From contig CALSCP010001071.1 of NCBI GenBank assembly GCA_943704425.1, positions 1 through 52,500 on the forward strand: a stretch of 52,500 nucleotides of DNA. The letters are read 5' to 3'. The translations under genes were made by a program, and so were the position numbers. This stretch comes from Ministeria vibrans ATCC 50519 (taxonomy: Eukaryota > Protista > Filasterea). This document shows, piece after piece, positions 47,389-52,500 of this stretch. Positions within the stretch are counted from its first letter, which is position 1. Every line of letters starts with the position of its first letter. The notes beneath the pieces were generated by a model. It saw only the letters and a program-made list of their open reading frames with translations. It made no database searches and was not told where the DNA came from.

Positions 47389-50300
47389 ATGGCCGCGAAG
47401 CAACTTGCGGAGGAGTGGACACGCGCTCTTAAGGGCCTTGAGAATCTAGCTAACTGGAAGGAGGCTTCTCTTGCCTGGCTGCGAAATATTTCGCAAACCA
47501 GCCGCGGCCCCGTGGACGAAGCCCTCCGTGCCATGGAGTGGCCCTACAGCAATTTGGCGGAGGAAATTCTCAGCGATAGGGGTGGGGGGCCTGGGGGTAC
47601 GACATATTTCTCATTCTCGCTTATTTTTTTTGCGTTTCTCATTGTTTCCTTTAGAGCTCTCTGAACCTTCAGTTCAGCCGCACTTACAGACCCCCGTCAC
47701 CCTCACTTCTCTTTCTCACCAAGACCTCGTTCAGAGCCTGAAACAGAGCAACTTCACTATGCCTGTTGTTGAGTTTGTTGAAAAACAGGGGTGGACTGGC
47801 GAAAATCTGCGTGTGGCCGTCCACCAGAGCGTCGATGTTATCAAAGCCCTCAACCACAAGCAGCGCAAGTCCTTGAAGAGGTTTGTTACCAACTTCGCAA
47901 AACCACAAACAGGTGGTAAGAGACGTAAACAAACAAATTTAGCTGCCTCCAACTCGATGTCTCGATCGTTTTAGATGCGACTGACACCAAAGTGGCGGAC
48001 TTCTGGCAAGAGCTCGTGCTCGGACGAGGCCCGGAGAAGGCAGAGCCCGAGCACTTTGACTTCAAGTCAGCGCCGTTTAGTCTCAAGAGCTCGGCCAAGA
48101 GGGTCGCCCTGGCAGTTGACGTCGCATCGCTGTACAACACCCAGCATGACTCGCCGCTGTCTTCCGTCACCTATCCCTGTCGCAAGGCGTCCTACCTCGT
48201 CGTAGGATACCGCCCTGACAGGGCCACAGGGGGTGGCGCTGTGGTGCCATGCGTCTTGCCCACTGAGTACCAGCGCGATCTCTCCAGCCACCTCATCTCC
48301 TGCCTGCTCATGCCAAGTTCAGTTGAAATCATCGCACGCACCATCTACCTCTCAAAACATGACGTCGACGAGTACTTGGGCGGGCTCTACGGGGATCGCG
48401 TCACGATTTATCACCAGGCGGGCTGGCAGCCTCCAGACGAGACAACTTTCGCCTCTCAGGGCGTCCCGGTTGTGCTGTACGAAATTCTCCACGGCTCTGA
48501 GGGCCCCCTGTTCGTCATGGACGCCAAATGGCGCGATGTTCGCCTGACGCGCAAGCCTGGCACTAACTTGAACAGCCTCGACGGACACGTCCCCGACCCC
48601 CTTTGGCGTTGCGTCCTCAGCCGCTTCACGCAACACACCTTTGGTGCCTGGCACGATATTCGGATGGCCCTCAAGGTGGTGTGTGCCTTACCACCATTCT
48701 GGCGCGTCCTGGTGCTCCCATCTTCCCAAGGCGACCTCTTGTCGCAGCAGATGGCATTCATCGCCGCTATTCAGTGGGACCTCGTGATTAATCTTGACGT
48801 CGCCGACGGTCACAACAATCTTCTTGCCGCATTTACGGACCCCGAGTGTCGCCCCACCAAGGAGATCGACCGCTCGACCGTGGGCGAGCTGCGAGCAGTC
48901 GATATTGAAGCCAAAGTTGCCAACGGCTCTCTTCGCATCTGGTTCAATGCGAATAGCCGCGGGACCGAGAAAAAGGTGGAGAAGCTGAACAAGGTGATTG
49001 GCTACGTCACCAATGCTTTCAAGTTGGCGCTGTTCTCATCGCAAACCGACGCGCGCCCGGCAGTCTTTTTCACTTTCGTCACGGGCCAACCACACTATAC
49101 GTCGCGCGAGATTGTTCAGATGAGCGAGCGTCTTGCCGAGACGTACGAGAACTTGCTCGGAGAGCGATCACTCGCGGACGTTCCGGTGGCTGCCGCGGTT
49201 CTGGTGACTGAGCGGTGCCAATTGAGCCACTTCAATGCTGCAAGCGAACAGTTGGCCCGTTCGTCTACGATCAAGGGGTGCATGGTGCAGCAGCCACTGC
49301 ACTTTGTCATCGCCGGGCTCACTCAAATGCTCGGTGGCACGCTACCGCTGGGCTCTGTGACCATTGTCGGCGCGATCCTGACTCCGTCAAACCAGAGGCT
49401 CTTTGCGCAGATGGGCGATGTGCTGCACGATGGGCTGGGCGAAGACGACGTGGCCACACTCAAGGCACTGCTTGCCGAGAGTGAACATAGCCGTGCTGCG
49501 CTGAATTTCGACACGGCCCCGGAGGTCGTGCGCTCCTGGCTGGTCTCCCGACACATGGAGCCGTTTCTTCGCGGTGGTCTTCCGACCTGGGACCTGCTGG
49601 CGGTGCAGGAGTTCCTTGTCAGCGAGCGCTGTGCTGAACGATTGTACGTTCTGGCCGAGTTGAGCGCCTTTTCGCGCATCCTTGGCAAAGTGGAAGAGCG
49701 CCTAAGGTCTGCAGACTTTCTCGGCAGTGGCGACAAGGTCCTTGAACTGCTTCATCTGCCGACCTCCGGTGGCTCCACGGCTCTCCGCTGGGTCCTGTGG
49801 AAGCTTCGCAAGCGGTTTCCATGTCTTCTTCTGACGCCACCAGTGCGGCCGTCCGCTGTCTCAGGGGATGTGTTTGAGCGGCTTGCAGACCTCTACCGCC
49901 TCACGAGCAAGGTCGTCGTGGTCGGCGTCGATGGGGGCTACTCGCTCGAACTGATTCGAGATCTGAGTGATCGCCTGCGTTTCTCCAGCCAAAGGACATC
50001 AAAGGTGCTCTTTCTGCACTGCCGTCAGGTGCGCCGCAAGTCGGCGATAGAGAAGGACAAGTTTTCCTTGGAGAAACTGACGATGGATGACGACTGCGTG
50101 CGAGTTCGCGAGTGCTACACCTTTGTCAAGCAGCAGGCCAAGGTCACGTGCCTGCTGGACTCATTGTTTCTCTGGGGGTTTGAGACCTTCAGCGAAAGCT
50201 ACGAGAGGACCGACTCGTACCTGCAAGCGTACCTGGCCGGCAGCCACGAGCTTTTCTCTCTCGTGCGGACTATTTGCCTTCTGCAGGCATATGCACCCAC

Positions 50301-52020
50301 TTGCTACATACCGGAGTCTGACTTGGCGCGGTTCCACAGCGACCTTGTATCGTTTCGGTCGCTGGAGGAGCTCGTGCCCCACTTCTTCATCAAGGACGCT
50401 GCTGGGGGTGTCAGGCTCCCTGCTTCTGGGATGGTCGATCGCGTATGGCCCATTGTTGCTGGTGGGCAAGGCACGCCTCTGGTCGACGCTGTCGATGACT
50501 TCATCAATGCGTTCTCGGGCGCGGACGAGAATATGGAGCTCAATTTTTCTCGCAACTTTTTGTGGGACAGCACGCGCCAACTGTTTCAAGGCTCGACGGG
50601 GACGGCACAGCTGATCGTGGACTACAGCGCCAAGCATGGTCGCCAGTGTACCCTCATCAAGTTTGGTGCGATTGCGCGCGGCTTCGGGCCTTACGCGAGC
50701 ATGGCGTGTGCTCAGTACGTTTTCCACGAACGAGAGTTGTCGGAGCACTTGCCAGATATCGTGGATAAGGTACGTATATACGGGTTGGACGCTGTGCATG
50801 CGGTGACCACAGAGCACGGCACAAGCGAGCACTGCCAGGCTGAGGACCGCCTCTTCATCATGACGCAATACAGCGACGTCTTGCGGAACATGGCAAGCAC
50901 TGTGCGCATGGACAAGCGCCACCTACTTGAAGAAGCGGCGTACTTCTACGGGAAAGCTATCAAGGCAGGAGTCGAAGTTGATGAACACGTCGTGTTTCCG
51001 TTGGCCAACCTCGGTTTGATCGAGGTGCGCGTGCAGCACATGGGGATTTTACCCACGAGTGAGCCCGCAAAAGACCGCGACCAGCTGAGGGATTTAGTGC
51101 TACATGATCTCAAGCGCGTCGCTGATGCTCTCGACAAGGGCAACTTCAGGAACGTGCAGTCAATGTCGACGACGCGCCGTCGCCTGACCAACGCCAATAG
51201 GCGCTTTGTTGACGAGTTGGTGCGGAGCTCAGCCGTGTCGGAGAAAGACGACCGCAAGGCCGCGTGGTTTGTGCACAACTTTGCGAAGAAGAAGTGCCCC
51301 ACAGTAGATAAGCTGTCCCTTGCCTATGTGCTCGCAAGCCAGGCGCTCAACCGTGATGAGACGAAACTCCGCAGCGCCATAATCATCCAGCAAGAGTGTG
51401 CCGGCGCGCACCACATGCTGAGCAAGCTTGCCGCCGACCACGTGAAGGAGATGCAAGCGCGCGACTTCTGGCATTTGATCGAACTGAAGATCCTGTTGGC
51501 TGGCCATCTCTACGCCGCCCCGGATCTGCAGCTCACCACGCAGTACTGGCCACCTCCGGCTGAGCTGACGGTGGAAAGTGCGCTCAAGGTGGCCAATCTG
51601 TGGCGTCAGCACCTGTGTACTGACGGACGCCTGGAGCTTCTGCGCTTCATGCTGCAGCTGCTGGTCGACTTGCAGCAGCAGGAACTGGGTGGACCTCTTC
51701 GCATCTCTCCGTACAACCGAGACTTCAAGTACCGCTTGGCCAAGGCAGCCACGCACATCATCATGGATCGCCCCGGGCTGGCCGCCATTGCGTCTCTGCG
51801 CGCACTTGGTCAGGATCCCCACAAGAAAGGGCGACGCTTCAACGGCACCTTCCAGGGGGCCAAAGTCGCCGTCCGTGAGCTCAGCGGCTTCTCCGTACCC
51901 ATTAGCAAGACAAACGAGTTCTCTCGCCAGTACCGTGATCACGCCATTGGTGTCACTTGTGCTCTCGAGTTTCACTACGCGGACGGCGTGCGCGCGGTAG
52001 ACCTGGCGGAGCCAAAATAA
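47389..52020 (+). CDS. SAMD9: SAMD9/SAMD9L-like STAND protein (SAM-AlbA_2-SIR2-like-P-loop-TPR-OB), 3 exons, about 1504 aa
   Basis: Exons 47389-47596, 47655-47915 and 47975-52020 splice in phase. SAM-like exon 2; AlbA_2 EPEHFDFKS..DVASLYNT..YLVVG; SIR2-like AFIAAIQWDLVINLD and IWFNAN; P-loop LLHLPTSGGSTALRWVLWKLRKRFPCLLL (SAMD9 recalled as [29 protein letters not shown]); C-terminal LEFHYADGVRAVDL (SAMD9 LGFSIGGPLAYDI). Confidence 0.85.
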
Positions 52021-52397
52021 ATTGCCGATGGAAATGAAATTAATGAATGTTTTGCAAGTGAAAACCCCTTCTGATTCGTAGTACAGTCTTATTGTCAAGT
52101 GCTTCGAGGTAGCGAGTAGCGTCTTTGAGCTTCAAGCGAAACGCACGAGGGGTAATGTCGTGGTGGGTGGCGGGGAAGAGATTGGAAAAATAAGCGAGAA
52201 CGCCCACCAGGCAAAGTCCTCAGCCTCCATTACATCAACGATAGGAGCACTGATGCTGTGAGAGACAAGAAACGTGTGCAACAACTGAGCAAACAGAAGA
52301 AGCGAGTTCTTTGTTTGTAATACACAACAATTATTTCATGCGGTGCTCATTGAGCAGTCGCATAGCCTCATTGAGATTCTTCAGTCGTCGCTTGTTC

Positions 52398-52500
52398 TTA
52401 GGGTTAGGGTTAGGGTTAGGGTTAGGGTTAGGGTTAGGGTTAGGGTTAGGGTTAGGGTTAGGGTTAGGGTTAGGGTTAGGGTTAGGGTTAGGGTTAGGGT
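52398..52500 (+). repeat. Telomere (TTAGGG)n
   Basis: Perfect TTAGGG array running to the end of the window, G-rich strand pointing outward. Confidence 0.98.

Noticed and set aside
50161-52098. Long antisense ORFs over the SAMD9-like gene (and over HRI and RhoGAP)
   Set aside because: Typical shadows of GC-rich codon usage with no recognisable motifs.

Overview
Gene-dense, intron-containing eukaryotic sequence ending in a (TTAGGG)n telomere. It has short GT-AG introns, TAA/CT/CA microsatellites, and flagellar and centriolar genes, so it is most likely a flagellated unicellular holozoan such as a choanoflagellate (inference). About 24 genes can be assembled by hand-splicing. Most are conserved: an RFTS-domain protein, DDA1, Moonraker/KIAA0753, TDP2, an EGF+GH43-like secreted protein, SerRS, a TRAPPC8 C-terminal piece, an HRI-type eIF2-alpha kinase, STX17, a multi-ricin-lectin protein, shugoshin, RNF170, a DH-PH-RA-RhoGAP, GCN5/PCAF, an ankyrin protein, ATMIN, a Ras GTPase, WDR63, a GT8 glycosyltransferase and a secreted Kelch protein. 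Two candidate immunity loci stand out. (1) A head-to-head pair at 14.8-17.4 kb: an OAS/CD-NTase-like nucleotidyltransferase with intact catalytic residues and a putative HEPN (RxxxxH) RNase fused to TPR repeats, next to the eIF2-alpha kinase. It resembles an alternative OAS-RNase L or CBASS-like signalling module. (2) A full-length SAMD9/SAMD9L-like gene (SAM-AlbA_2-SIR2-like-STAND-TPR-OB, about 1504 aa) that is the last intact gene before the telomere. All family assignments come from motif recognition by eye and recalled sequences, not from database searches. Exon boundaries are manual predictions.
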